Shown in pieces: positions 34,439 through 45,343 of a stretch of 64,000 nucleotides of DNA. The position numbers and the translations under genes were made by a program. The DNA comes from Candidatus Taenariivivens baikalensis (GTDB lineage Bacteria > Omnitrophota > Omnitrophia > Omnitrophales > Aquincolibacteriaceae), in contig SICL01000004.1 in assembly GCA_009691445.1 (NCBI GenBank), positions 30,708 through 94,707 on the forward strand, written 5' to 3'. Within the stretch, counting starts at the first letter, position 1. The number at the start of each line of letters is the position of its first letter. The notes below the pieces were generated by a model, which was not told the DNA's origin, did no database searches, and saw only the letters and a list, made by a program, of their open reading frames with translations.

Positions 34439-35947
34439 ATGATGCTAAAACCCGAAGAAGTTACACAAGCAATTCAGGATGAAATCAAAAAATACAGCTC
34501 CAAACTTGAAATGGAGTCCGTGGGTTATGTGCTTCAAGTCGGCGATGGCATTGCGCGCGTCTACGGTCTGGATCAGGTCATGGCCAATGAAATGGTCACC
34601 TTTCCCGATCAAACCATTGGGCTGACCCTGAACCTCGAGCCCGACAATATCGGAATCGTGATCCTGGGACCGGACCGTAATATCAAAGAAGGCGACCAAG
34701 TCAAACGCACGGGCCAGATCGCCCAAGTACCCGTCGGAATCGAACTGCTTGGCCGCATTATTAATCCCTTAGGATTGCCGTTGGATGGTAAGGGGCCAAT
34801 CACGTCAACTAAGAACCGCCCGCTTGAAACCGTTCCTCCTTCCGTGATTCGCCGCCAGCCCGTTAAAGAACCTCTACAAACAGGAATCAAGGCCATCGAT
34901 GCCATGATCCCAATTGGACGCGGGCAACGTGAACTCATTATCGGCGACCGGCAAACCGGAAAAACCGCCATCTTGATTGACACGATCATCAATCAAAAAA
35001 ATTCTGGTGTTTTTTGTATTTATGTCGCCATCGGCCAGAAACTTTCCAGTGTCGTTGCCCTGGCACAAACACTTGAAAAGCACGGCGCTATGGCATACAC
35101 CACGATCGTCTGCGCTTCATCGGATGACGCGGCTCCGCTTCAATACTTGGCTCCGTACGCCGGATGCGCCATTGGGGAAGAGTTTATGTATACAGGTAAA
35201 CACGCGCTCGTGGTCTACGACGATCTCTCCAAACACGCCGTGGCTTACCGCGAACTCTCACTTCTCTTGCAGCGTCCTCCCGGCCGTGAAGCCTATCCGG
35301 GTGATGTGTTTTATCTTCACTCCCGTCTTCTTGAGCGCGCGGCAAAAATGCGGGAAGATTTGGGTGGCGGATCTCTCACCGCGCTTCCCGTCATTGAAAC
35401 TCAGCTTGGCGACGTGTCGGCTTATATCCCCACCAATGTAATTTCAATTACCGATGGTCAGATTTATTTGGAAAGTGATTTATTCTATTCGGGGGTGCGT
35501 CCTGCCATTAACGTGGGTCTTTCGGTATCCCGTGTCGGCGGAAACGCTCAGACTAAAGCCATGAAGCAAGTCGCGGGGACGCTTCGTCTCGCGCTCGCCC
35601 AGTACCGTGAACTGGCGGCCTTCGCGCAACTCTCCACGGATCTTGATCAGACCACCAAGGATCAGCTTATCCGCGGAGAGCGCATGGTGGAAATCTTGAA
35701 ACAGGGTGTTTTTCAACCGCTTCCGTTTGAAAAACAGGTGATGATCATTTTTGCCGCCAATATCGGCGCACTTGATGATATCCCGCTCGCCAAGCTCAAG
35801 GACTTTGAGACGGGCCTTTACCCGTTTATCACAAAAAACTACCCCGACGTAGAACACAAAATCCAAAAAGAAAAGGCCCTGAGCGATGCCCTTAAGGCCA
35901 CCCTCACGGAAGCCATTAAGAAATACAAAGGACAACTGACCCAATAA
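34439..35947 (+). CDS. atpA: ATP synthase F1 alpha
   Basis: [29 protein letters not shown]. Confidence 0.99.
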   Translation: MMLKPEEVTQAIQDEIKKYSSKLEMESVGYVLQVGDGIARVYGLDQVMANEMVTFPDQTIGLTLNLEPDNIGIVILGPDRNIKEGDQVKRTGQIAQVPVGIELLGRIINPLGLPLDGKGPITSTKNRPLETVPPSVIRRQPVKEPLQTGIKAIDAMIPIGRGQRELIIGDRQTGKTAILIDTIINQKNSGVFCIYVAIGQKLSSVVALAQTLEKHGAMAYTTIVCASSDDAAPLQYLAPYAGCAIGEEFMYTGKHALVVYDDLSKHAVAYRELSLLLQRPPGREAYPGDVFYLHSRLLERAAKMREDLGGGSLTALPVIETQLGDVSAYIPTNVISITDGQIYLESDLFYSGVRPAINVGLSVSRVGGNAQTKAMKQVAGTLRLALAQYRELAAFAQLSTDLDQTTKDQLIRGERMVEILKQGVFQPLPFEKQVMIIFAANIGALDDIPLAKLKDFETGLYPFITKNYPDVEHKIQKEKALSDALKATLTEAIKKYKGQLTQ

Positions 35948-36062
35948 CCAAGATCCAAGAAACAATAACCAAAGAATGACCAAATTCCAAATTTTCAATT
36001 TTTTATTTGAAATTTTAATGATTGATTATTGTTTGGTGTTTGTATCTTGGTGATTGGTTATT
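35943..36062. repeat. 7-nt-periodic inverted repeat (CCAA/TTGG type), atpA-atpG spacer
   Basis: AATAACC AAGATCC AAGAAAC AATAACC AAAG AATGACC AAATTCC ... GATTATT GTTT GGTGTTT GTATCTT GGTGATT GGTTATT. Confidence 0.85.
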
Positions 36063-36070
36063 AGAACACT

Positions 36071-36984
36071 ATGTCAGGCAAATTAAGAGAACTCAAAAAC
36101 CGGATCCGCAGCGTTGAGAATACAAAAAAGATCACGCGTGCGATGGAAATGGTAGCGGCCTCCAAGCTGCGCCGCTTTCAGACCCTGATGTCCCAAGCCC
36201 GTCCCTACACACTGGGATTGGAAAGCCTGCTGAAGCGCTTGAACCAGAATCTGCCTTCCAAGAGTCATCCTTTTTTTGAATCTCGGGAAGAAAAAAAAAT
36301 CGGTGTGGTTTTGATGACTTCGGATTCTGGACTCTGCGGTTCGTACAATCTTGATCTGCTGGAACATACGCGGGATTTTCTCCGTGAAAATAAATCAGAA
36401 AAAATATGGATTGGAGTGGGCAAGGCCGGCATTGCTGAACTGCGACGTCTTGGTTGCAAGATTCATAAGGAGCTGATTGAAATTCGGCCAGCGCGGTTCG
36501 ATGAGATTTTGAACGACCTCAAATCGATGCTCGAATCTCTTTTCCTGAGCAGGCAGGTGGACGCGGTTTATGTGATCTACAGTCACTCGTTGACGTCTTC
36601 AAGCTTTGCGGATGTTACCGAGAAACTGTTGCCGCTGGCCCAACCCGCCTCTACGCCCGTCATCGCGAACGAAGAGAAGCAATCTAACGCCGTTATTGCT
36701 CCTCGCAATGACAAAGAGCAAGACGTGGATTATATCTTTGAACCTTCGCCGGCATTTATTTTTGATAAGCTAATTCCGCTTTATTTTGAGTCTAAAGTAA
36801 GACAAGTGTTTCTCGAAGCCATCGTCTCCGAGCAGATTGCCCGTATGACGGCCATGCACGCCGCCACGCAAAACGCCAAAGAGATGATCAGCTCGCTTGT
36901 CTTGGAACGCAACAAAGCGCGCCAGGCTTCGATCACTAAAGAAATTATTGAGATTGTGTCGGGCTCTCAAGCCCTAAAAATAAA

Positions 36985-36988
<4 letters not shown>
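36071..36988 (+). CDS. atpG: ATP synthase F1 gamma (with repeat-derived insert)
   Basis: KITRAMEMVAASK, GLCGSYN, SEQIARMTAM, RQASITKEIIEIVSG. Confidence 0.98.
36659..36712 (+). repeat. in-frame 54-bp GTCAT...ATGAC element inside atpG
   Basis: GTCATCGCGAACGAAGAGAAGCAATCT...CCTCGCAATGAC encodes VIANEEKQSNAVIAPRND. Confidence 0.85.
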
Positions 36989-38468
<1,480 letters not shown>

Positions 38469-38476
38469 GACCTGGC

Positions 38477-38576
38477 AAATTCCAAATCTTAAGCACCAAA
38501 TACCAAGTCCTTGTTTGAGATTTGAAATTTGTTTTTTGGATGTTGTTTGGAATTTAGGATTTGGTTCTTGGAATTT
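38477..38576. repeat. 7-nt-periodic inverted repeat (CCAA/TTGG type), atpD-atpC spacer
   Basis: AAATTCC AAATCTT AAGCACC AAATACC / GAGATTT GAAATTT GTTTTTT GGATGTT GTTT GGAATTT AGGATTT GGTTCTT GGAATTT. Confidence 0.85.
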
Positions 38577-38581
38577 ATTTT

Positions 38582-38845
38582 ATGAATAACAATTTTCATC
38601 TTAAAGTTGTTACCCCCAAAGGTCCGGCGCTGGAAGAGGACGTCCTGTATGCTTTGCTTCCCGATGAGCGGGGTTTCGTGGGGGTGTTGACGAATCACGC
38701 TCCGTTTGTGATTTCTTCTCCCGGAGGAAAAATGGTGCTGCGGCTCAAGGACGGTCAGGAAAAGACCTATCAGATCGGCGCGGGTTTTTTTGAAGTGGCT
38801 CACAACCAAGCTGTGTTTCTCGCACAATCCTTTCAGGGAGTGTAA
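38582..38845 (+). CDS. atpC: ATP synthase F1 epsilon, N-terminal beta-sandwich only (87 aa)
   Basis: LKVVTP, G.VGVLTNHAP, GAGFFEV. Confidence 0.92.
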   Translation: MNNNFHLKVVTPKGPALEEDVLYALLPDERGFVGVLTNHAPFVISSPGGKMVLRLKDGQEKTYQIGAGFFEVAHNQAVFLAQSFQGV

Positions 38846-39343
38846 TTGGACGCTTTTATTTTTTATTTCTTTGGCGGCCTCGCCGCAGTAAGCGCCCTTG
38901 CCGTGATCCTGCTTCGCCAGCCCGTGCGTGCCCTGCTCTCCCTGATTGTAACCATGATCTCTTTATCCGTTCTTTATCTCAGTCTGGGCGCGCCCTTTGT
39001 CGCGATGGTGAATCTGATTGTGTACGCGGGCGCGGTGTTGGTGCTTTTTCTCTTCGCCATCATGCTTCAGGGAATCGGAGCCCGGGAAATTGATCTGGGA
39101 AAGCGTTTTCATCCGGCCTTTATTCCTGGCGTGATTTTAACGATTTCTTTTTTTGATTTTGGATTTCTTAAACTTATTCGCCGGTTTCCAGAACTTCATT
39201 TCCAGGATGTCGCAGGCTCCGCACGCCAGGTGGGAAAAACACTTTTCACGCAGTACCTGCTTCCCTTTGAACTCGTTTCGATTCTTCTGATCCTGGCCAT
39301 TTTAGCGGCAGTGGCCTTGGCCAAGAGAGAGGATTCAGCATGA
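38846..39343 (+). CDS. nuoJ: NADH-quinone oxidoreductase subunit J
   Basis: LIVYAGAVLVLFLFAIML, YLLPFELVS; TTG start. Confidence 0.95.
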   Translation: MDAFIFYFFGGLAAVSALAVILLRQPVRALLSLIVTMISLSVLYLSLGAPFVAMVNLIVYAGAVLVLFLFAIMLQGIGAREIDLGKRFHPAFIPGVILTISFFDFGFLKLIRRFPELHFQDVAGSARQVGKTLFTQYLLPFELVSILLILAILAAVALAKREDSA

Positions 39344-39642
39344 TCACACCCCTTCATTATTTGGGACTAGCCGGGATTCTATTTTCAATCGGACTTCTCG
39401 GGCTAATTATCCGCCGCAATATTCTTTTAGTTTTACTTTCCGTGGAACTGATGCTGAATGCAGCAAACCTGGTCTTTGTCACCGGCGCTCATATCCACGG
39501 ACAAGTGAACGGCCAGGTGCTTGCTTTTTTTGTGATGGTGATCTCGGCCGCGGAAGTAACGATCGGGCTTGCCCTCACGGTTTTACTATTTCGGAAACAA
39601 GATTCGGTGGATACCAATGAGATCCGCTGTTTGAAAGGATAA
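39340..39642 (+). CDS. nuoK: NADH-quinone oxidoreductase subunit K
   Basis: RRNIL..LLSVELMLNAAN, SAAEVTIGLA. Confidence 0.97.
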   Translation: MITPLHYLGLAGILFSIGLLGLIIRRNILLVLLSVELMLNAANLVFVTGAHIHGQVNGQVLAFFVMVISAAEVTIGLALTVLLFRKQDSVDTNEIRCLKG

Positions 39643-39653
39643 AAGAGCAGGAT

Positions 39654-41510
39654 ATGCTTACATTGGCCTGGACAATACTATGGATTCCGTTCATTGCGGC
39701 GGTCTTGATCACACTCTTCCTGCTCAATAAGCCGCGCGCGGCTGGCTGGCTGGCCACGGGCGTCCTCTTTGCGGGATTTATCTGCACACTTAGGATCTTG
39801 TCTCATGCCCAGTTTGAATCCTTGAACCATTCCCCTCTTGAGTCTTCCATTGTATGGCTCTCTCTCGGCGGACACGGCGTCATTGAATTCGGAATCCTGC
39901 TCAACGGCCTCTCGATTTTGATGCTCCTGATTGTCACCGGCATCGGCAGTCTGATTTTTCTCTACTCCATTTCCTATATGAAAGAAGACAAAAGCGCAGG
40001 CCGCTATTTCGCCTGCCTTTCGCTTTTTGCTTTTTCGATGCTGGGCATTGTCCTTGCAAACAATTTGGTCCAGGTCTTTATCTTCTGGGAATTAGTTGGA
40101 CTGAGCTCTTACCTTCTCATCGGATTTTGGTATGAAAAAGATTCTGCGGCGATGGCAGGGAAAAAAGCTTTTCTCACCAATCGCGTCGGCGACATCGGGA
40201 TGATGATTGGAATCCTTCTTCTGTTTCATCAAATCGCCACAAATCACATTGGTTCCGTAAATTTCCTGACACTGGAAGGGCGACTTCCTCATGCCGGAAT
40301 TTCCGAGGGAATGCTGGCGGCCATCTCGCTTTTAATCTTTTGCGGCGTGATGGGAAAATCCGCCCAGGTTCCGCTTCATGTCTGGCTTCCCGACGCCATG
40401 GAAGGTCCCACGCCCGTCAGCGCGCTGATGCATGCCGCCACCATGGTCGCCGCTGGAGTTTTCCTTCTTGCCCGTCTCTATTTTCTTTTTGCCGCCAGCC
40501 CCTCAGCGCTTCACATTATTGCCTGGATCGGCGTCGTGACTGCTTTTCTGGCCGGAACGATGGCTCTGGTGCAAAACGATATTAAAAAAATCCTCGCCTA
40601 TTCCACGTTAAGTCAACTCGGATACATGGTCATGGCCATTGGTCTTGCCGACCGCAATGCCGGAATGTTTCATCTCACCACGCATGCTTTTTTCAAAGCC
40701 TTGCTTTTTCTCGCAGCCGGCAGTCTCATTCACGGCATGCACACCCAGGACATCTGGGAAATGCGCCGCTTTCCAAAAACCCTCAAACACATGCTTGTCA
40801 CGAGCTTCACATTTTTGATGGGCACTCTGGCGCTGATGGGAATTCCTCCTTTCAGCGGCTACTTCAGCAAAGAGGAGATTTTAAGCGCGGCCACGCACGG
40901 CCCCAAACTTCTCCTTATCATCGCTCTAAGCGTTGTCTTCTTGACGGCTTTTTATATGGGCCGGCTTTGCACGATTGTCTTTTTTAGCCAAACCGCCAAA
41001 GAGGAACATCATCACGCGCATGAATCCGACGGCTTCATCCTGTTCCCTCTCGCAGTCTTGGCTGTCTTTTCCATCGCCGGGGGATATTTACCCATAAAGG
41101 AAATACTGGGCCACAGCGCACACGCCGCCGCTCATCATGGAGGAAATCTTCTCGCCATTATTTCCGTTTCCCTCGGCCTGATCGGATTTGGAACAGCTTT
41201 TCTGGTCTTCCGAAAAGCTCAAGGGCCCGTGCTTGGCGAAAATTCATTTCCCTCTATCGTTCTGGACCACAAATACTTTTTTGATGAGCTTTATGACGAT
41301 CTAATCCGGTATGGCCAGGAATCCATCGCGACTTTTTCAGACGCGTTTGAACGCCATGTCGTCGTTCAATTTGCCTCCAATGGCACAGCCTCAGCAGCCC
41401 GCTCGCTGGGACAGCTTTTATCCCGGCTTCAAACCGGCGTGGTTCAGTTTTATGCTTTGGTCTTTGCCGTCGGTGTAACGGTTTTAGTGTTTTTGTTAAT
41501 GTTACGGTGA
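39654..41510 (+). CDS. nuoL: NADH-quinone oxidoreductase subunit L
   Basis: FWELVGLSSYLLIGFW, GKSAQVPLHVWLPDAMEGPTPVSA, HAFFKALLFL. Confidence 0.97.
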   Translation: MLTLAWTILWIPFIAAVLITLFLLNKPRAAGWLATGVLFAGFICTLRILSHAQFESLNHSPLESSIVWLSLGGHGVIEFGILLNGLSILMLLIVTGIGSLIFLYSISYMKEDKSAGRYFACLSLFAFSMLGIVLANNLVQVFIFWELVGLSSYLLIGFWYEKDSAAMAGKKAFLTNRVGDIGMMIGILLLFHQIATNHIGSVNFLTLEGRLPHAGISEGMLAAISLLIFCGVMGKSAQVPLHVWLPDAMEGPTPVSALMHAATMVAAGVFLLARLYFLFAASPSALHIIAWIGVVTAFLAGTMALVQNDIKKILAYSTLSQLGYMVMAIGLADRNAGMFHLTTHAFFKALLFLAAGSLIHGMHTQDIWEMRRFPKTLKHMLVTSFTFLMGTLALMGIPPFSGYFSKEEILSAATHGPKLLLIIALSVVFLTAFYMGRLCTIVFFSQTAKEEHHHAHESDGFILFPLAVLAVFSIAGGYLPIKEILGHSAHAAAHHGGNLLAIISVSLGLIGFGTAFLVFRKAQGPVLGENSFPSIVLDHKYFFDELYDDLIRYGQESIATFSDAFERHVVVQFASNGTASAARSLGQLLSRLQTGVVQFYALVFAVGVTVLVFLLMLR

Positions 41511-41513
41511 CTT

Positions 41514-41638
41514 AAAGAGGGAAGAAAAGGGATGAAGATGAAAAAGGAAGAAGGTGGAAGAAGAGGGAGAAATCTTTTTTCGTTTTTTAATTCCTTCTTT
41601 TCCCCTGTTCTTCCTTCTTGTTACACCTTTTTCCCTTC
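41514..41638. repeat. purine/pyrimidine inverted tract, about 9-nt periodic, nuoL-nuoM spacer
   Basis: About 58 nt of almost only A/G (GAAGAGGGA-like units), then about 65 nt of almost only C/T. Confidence 0.75.
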
Positions 41639-41650
41639 GGGAATAACTTT

Positions 41651-43105
41651 ATGATTCTCTTATTGCCCTGGATTCCTTTTTTGGCCGCGTTTCTCATTAT
41701 GTTAGCGCCGCGGGAAAAAGAATTTCTTCATAAACAAATTGCGGTAACAAGCTGTGCCGTGAATTTCGCGATCGTCCTTTGGCTCATCTTCCATTTTCAC
41801 CCGGAAGTCCCGGGTTATCAGTTTGCTCATCGTTACCCTTGGATTCCCTTTTTAGGCATTCATTATCAGGTCGGGTTGGACGGCATCAACATGACGCTTT
41901 GCCTGCTCCACGCATTGGTGTCTTTTACCGGAGCGATTGTCAGCTGCTGGCCCAAGGACCGGATGAAAGAATATCTTTGTTTTTACCTCATCCTGACTGG
42001 TGCCATTTACGGCGTCTTTACGGCGCTCGATGTGTTTCAGCTCTACCTTTTCTATGAGCTTACTTTGATTCCGCTTTATCCGATGATCGTGATCTGGGGA
42101 AGTAAAAATAAAGCTTACGGCGCCATGAAGCTGACTTTGTTTATTACCGGCGGCGCGATGCTGGCCCTTTTTGGAATCTTGATCCTTTACCGCAATCTTG
42201 GTCTGCAGAGCTTTGACCTGCTCGAGATGCGAAAAAATATCGAGATCCTGCCCATGAATCCAGGTACGGTCCATGGATTGGCCGGAATTTTCCTGGTGGG
42301 ATTTGGCGTGATCGCTTCCTTGTGGCCACTGCACAGTTGGTCGCCGATTGGTTACGCGGCTGCGCCAACCTCCGTCAGCATGCTTCACGCAGGAGTGCTC
42401 AAAAAAATGGGACCCTATTTAATGCTGCGTCTTGCCGTCGCTCTGCTTCCGGACGGCGTTCACTACTGGGCCAATACCCTTGCGGTTTTATCCTGCGTCG
42501 GTATCCTGTACGCGGGTTACGCCGCGGTCAAACAACAGGACCTTAAATTCATGATTGGTTTTTCCAGTGTCAGCCATATGGGTTATATCCTGCTTGCGAT
42601 AGCCGTCATGAATCAAGCCACGCTTTCCGGGGCCGTACTCCTCATGTTTTCTCACGGCGTTATGGCTGCGACCACATTTGCCTGCATTGGATTTATCTAT
42701 GAGCAAACACACGCCCGCGGAGTGAATGATTTCGGAGGGCTTGCTAAAAAAATCCCATTCATTTCCACCTGTTTGATTATGGCTTCCTTTGCTTCGCTCG
42801 GACTTCCTGGCTTTTCCAATTTTGTCGCAGAACTTCTGATCTTCTTTGGAAGCTGGTCGCAATATCCCATCATCGTGTCTCTGGCGATCTTTGGCGTATT
42901 TATCACCTCGCTTTATTTACTGCGGATGGTGAAATCCGTTTGCTACGGTGCAGAAAATCCTCGCTGGAGTTTGCTTCATGATGCCAGGACCATTGCCGAC
43001 AAACTGCCCTTTGTTATTCTCCTTGGAGCACTCATGCTTTTTGGATTTTGGCCTCAGGGCCTGCTTCGTATGATTCAGCCTGCGGTTGGAGCCCTGCTCT
43101 CATGA
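41651..43105 (+). CDS. nuoM: NADH-quinone oxidoreductase subunit M
   Basis: FYELTLIPLY, PLHSW.P, SSVSHMG, LGLPGFSNFVAE; ATG 41651. Confidence 0.95.
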   Translation: MILLLPWIPFLAAFLIMLAPREKEFLHKQIAVTSCAVNFAIVLWLIFHFHPEVPGYQFAHRYPWIPFLGIHYQVGLDGINMTLCLLHALVSFTGAIVSCWPKDRMKEYLCFYLILTGAIYGVFTALDVFQLYLFYELTLIPLYPMIVIWGSKNKAYGAMKLTLFITGGAMLALFGILILYRNLGLQSFDLLEMRKNIEILPMNPGTVHGLAGIFLVGFGVIASLWPLHSWSPIGYAAAPTSVSMLHAGVLKKMGPYLMLRLAVALLPDGVHYWANTLAVLSCVGILYAGYAAVKQQDLKFMIGFSSVSHMGYILLAIAVMNQATLSGAVLLMFSHGVMAATTFACIGFIYEQTHARGVNDFGGLAKKIPFISTCLIMASFASLGLPGFSNFVAELLIFFGSWSQYPIIVSLAIFGVFITSLYLLRMVKSVCYGAENPRWSLLHDARTIADKLPFVILLGALMLFGFWPQGLLRMIQPAVGALLS

Positions 43106-44559
43106 TGAACCTTCGCTATCTCTTACCAGAATGGGTGGCGCTAGGTGTCTTTATTCTTCTACTCATCGCGGAGATTCTCAAGGGTGATGTAAAACATCCG
43201 GACGCTCAGAATATCCGCTCTTTTTGTATCACGAGTCTTCTGGGAAGCATCCTTGTCTGCATATCGACTTTGCTCTTCTTGAAAAAAACAGGGACGGCCT
43301 TTGGCGATTCATTTATCGTGGATCCGCTCTCCGCATTTTTTAAACTATTTTTCATCTTGACGCTTTTTATGATGATTCCGATCAGCTATGCCTTCTTTAA
43401 CAAACGCCGTGAACGTCTTGAAACATTTCTACTCATTCTCTGGTGCACCCTGCTTGGGATGTTTTTCCTGGCCTCGGCCAACGATCTCTTTGTCCTGTTT
43501 CTGTGCATTGAAATTATCACGCTGTCGTTTTATATAATGGCTGCCTATCTCAAGCACGAACTTCCCTCAATTGAATCAGGCCTGAAATACCTGATCATCG
43601 GATCGCTCGCCTCTGCTTTTCTGGTCTTTGGGATTGCTCTGATCTACGCAGCCGTGGGATCCACAAATCTTCCTGTCCTTCATCAGGCATTTGTGGCTCA
43701 CCCCGGTGACCGAATGCTGGTGCTTGGCATGCTCTTCATTATTGCCGGCCTTGGTTTCAAAATCGGCGCTGTGCCGTTTCATCTCTGGGTTCCGGATGTT
43801 TATGAAGGCGCTCCGATTCCAACCGTAGCCTTCCTTTCCGTCGGATCCAAGGCCGCTGGAATTTTTGTCCTGCTCCGCCTTCTCTTCCAGGTTTTTGTTC
43901 TAACCGACAGCCAGCGCGCACTGCTTTTCTCTACACTCTCGGCCCTGACCATGATTTGCGGAAATTTTGGAGCTCTAAAACAAACCAGCCTCAAACGGCT
44001 TTTGGGATATTCGAGTATCGCTCACGCGGGTTATCTGCTCATTGGATTTGCGGTCGGATATAGCGGAGGTATCACCGGGGTGCTTTATTATTTGCTGGCT
44101 TACGCCGCGGCAAATCTCACGATCTTTCTTGTGATGGCGATTGTGGATCGGCACCTGCAAAGCGACCGGATCGAGGCTTACGCAGGTCTGGCACAGCGCT
44201 CGCCAATACTCGGCGCCTGTTTTTTTATTGCCCTGCTTTCTTTGGCCGGAGTTCCCGGCACCGCTGGATTTTTCGGAAAGTTTTTAATCCTGCTTGCGGC
44301 CGTCCATGGAGGTTTTCTATGGCTAACGCTTCTAGGTCTCGTGGGCGTCGTGGTCTCACTCTACTATTATTTAAGCGTCGTGCGTGTGATTTACGCGGAA
44401 GAACCGGCGTACGATGAAGCTATTCCAGTTCCTCTTTCCTACCGGCTCACTTTAATCCTTCTCGTGGGAGGAATTTTCGTACTCGGTCTTTTCCCGGCTC
44501 CGTTTCTTCTCGGGTGTTATCACACCGCCTTCATGCTTTTTCAGACTCCGCTGTCGTAA
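43102..44559 (+). CDS. nuoN: NADH-quinone oxidoreductase subunit N
   Basis: ESGLKY, FKIGAVPFHLWVPDVYEGAP, KRLLGYSSIAHAGY; ATGA overlap with nuoM. Confidence 0.96.
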   Translation: MMNLRYLLPEWVALGVFILLLIAEILKGDVKHPDAQNIRSFCITSLLGSILVCISTLLFLKKTGTAFGDSFIVDPLSAFFKLFFILTLFMMIPISYAFFNKRRERLETFLLILWCTLLGMFFLASANDLFVLFLCIEIITLSFYIMAAYLKHELPSIESGLKYLIIGSLASAFLVFGIALIYAAVGSTNLPVLHQAFVAHPGDRMLVLGMLFIIAGLGFKIGAVPFHLWVPDVYEGAPIPTVAFLSVGSKAAGIFVLLRLLFQVFVLTDSQRALLFSTLSALTMICGNFGALKQTSLKRLLGYSSIAHAGYLLIGFAVGYSGGITGVLYYLLAYAAANLTIFLVMAIVDRHLQSDRIEAYAGLAQRSPILGACFFIALLSLAGVPGTAGFFGKFLILLAAVHGGFLWLTLLGLVGVVVSLYYYLSVVRVIYAEEPAYDEAIPVPLSYRLTLILLVGGIFVLGLFPAPFLLGCYHTAFMLFQTPLS

Positions 44560-44657
44560 GGAATAAGGTTTTAGTTTTTTCATGACGGCTGCTGTCCCAT
44601 CTGTTCCTGCCAATTGTTTTTTGCTAATAATAACCGCCCTCATCTCCCCATAGTAGC

Positions 44658-44713
44658 TGCTCTAAATGCACTAATTGCACTAAATTTGCAATTTGCTTCG
44701 AATGTGCTACCGT
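44658..44713 (+). promoter_or_regulatory. three tandem 9-bp direct repeats abutting a probable promoter
   Basis: TGCTCTAAA TGCACTAAT TGCACTAAA then TTGCAA-N16-TACCGT with a TGn extension. Confidence 0.5.
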
Positions 44714-44724
44714 TTGATTAGCGT

Positions 44725-45324
44725 ATGAAACAATCCTACACCACTTCAGAAGCTGCGGAAATTTGCCGAGTCTCCCGCGGAACTATCCTGCGCTGGATCC
44801 GCGAGAAAAAATTAAAAGCCTCCGTCACTTTTGGTGGTCATCACCGCATTGAAGCCGTCGACCTTACCGGGGTATTAGAAAAACTGGGAATGAAACTGCC
44901 TGACAGTTTTTCGGCGTTTTCCCGCTGTTTACCCTCCCGGGTACTGCTTGTGGATGAGGAGGAGGAAATTGGAAAATTAGCCCGTCATTATTTACAAAAA
45001 TATTATCCTGCCTTGCAAATTGAAGAAGCCGCTGACAGTTTCAGTGCCGGCATTACCATCCAAAAATACCGCCCGGATCTTATTGTTCTGAATATCATGC
45101 CTCCCGGTATACAAGGCTATGATCTGTGTGAATCTATTCGAAATTTGTCGCGGGAATACAGGCCGGCCATTCTTGCCATCACGGCGCATGAAAACAACTG
45201 GGAACACCGCATCTTGGAAGCGGGAGCCGATCTGTGCCTAAAGAAACCGTTTCATGAGAACGATTTTATCAGTGCGATTAGAATTCTCTGGAATAGCACC
45301 TATAAAAATAAAAGGGCGGGATGA
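44725..45324 (+). CDS. excisionase-type HTH + atypical receiver-domain regulator
   Basis: YTTSEAAEICRVSRGTILRWI..GGHHRI; REC-like VLLVDEE, PDLIVLN, LKKPF. Confidence 0.88.
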   Translation: MKQSYTTSEAAEICRVSRGTILRWIREKKLKASVTFGGHHRIEAVDLTGVLEKLGMKLPDSFSAFSRCLPSRVLLVDEEEEIGKLARHYLQKYYPALQIEEAADSFSAGITIQKYRPDLIVLNIMPPGIQGYDLCESIRNLSREYRPAILAITAHENNWEHRILEAGADLCLKKPFHENDFISAIRILWNSTYKNKRAG

Positions 45325-45343
45325 ACTTTTGATAGAGAAAAAT

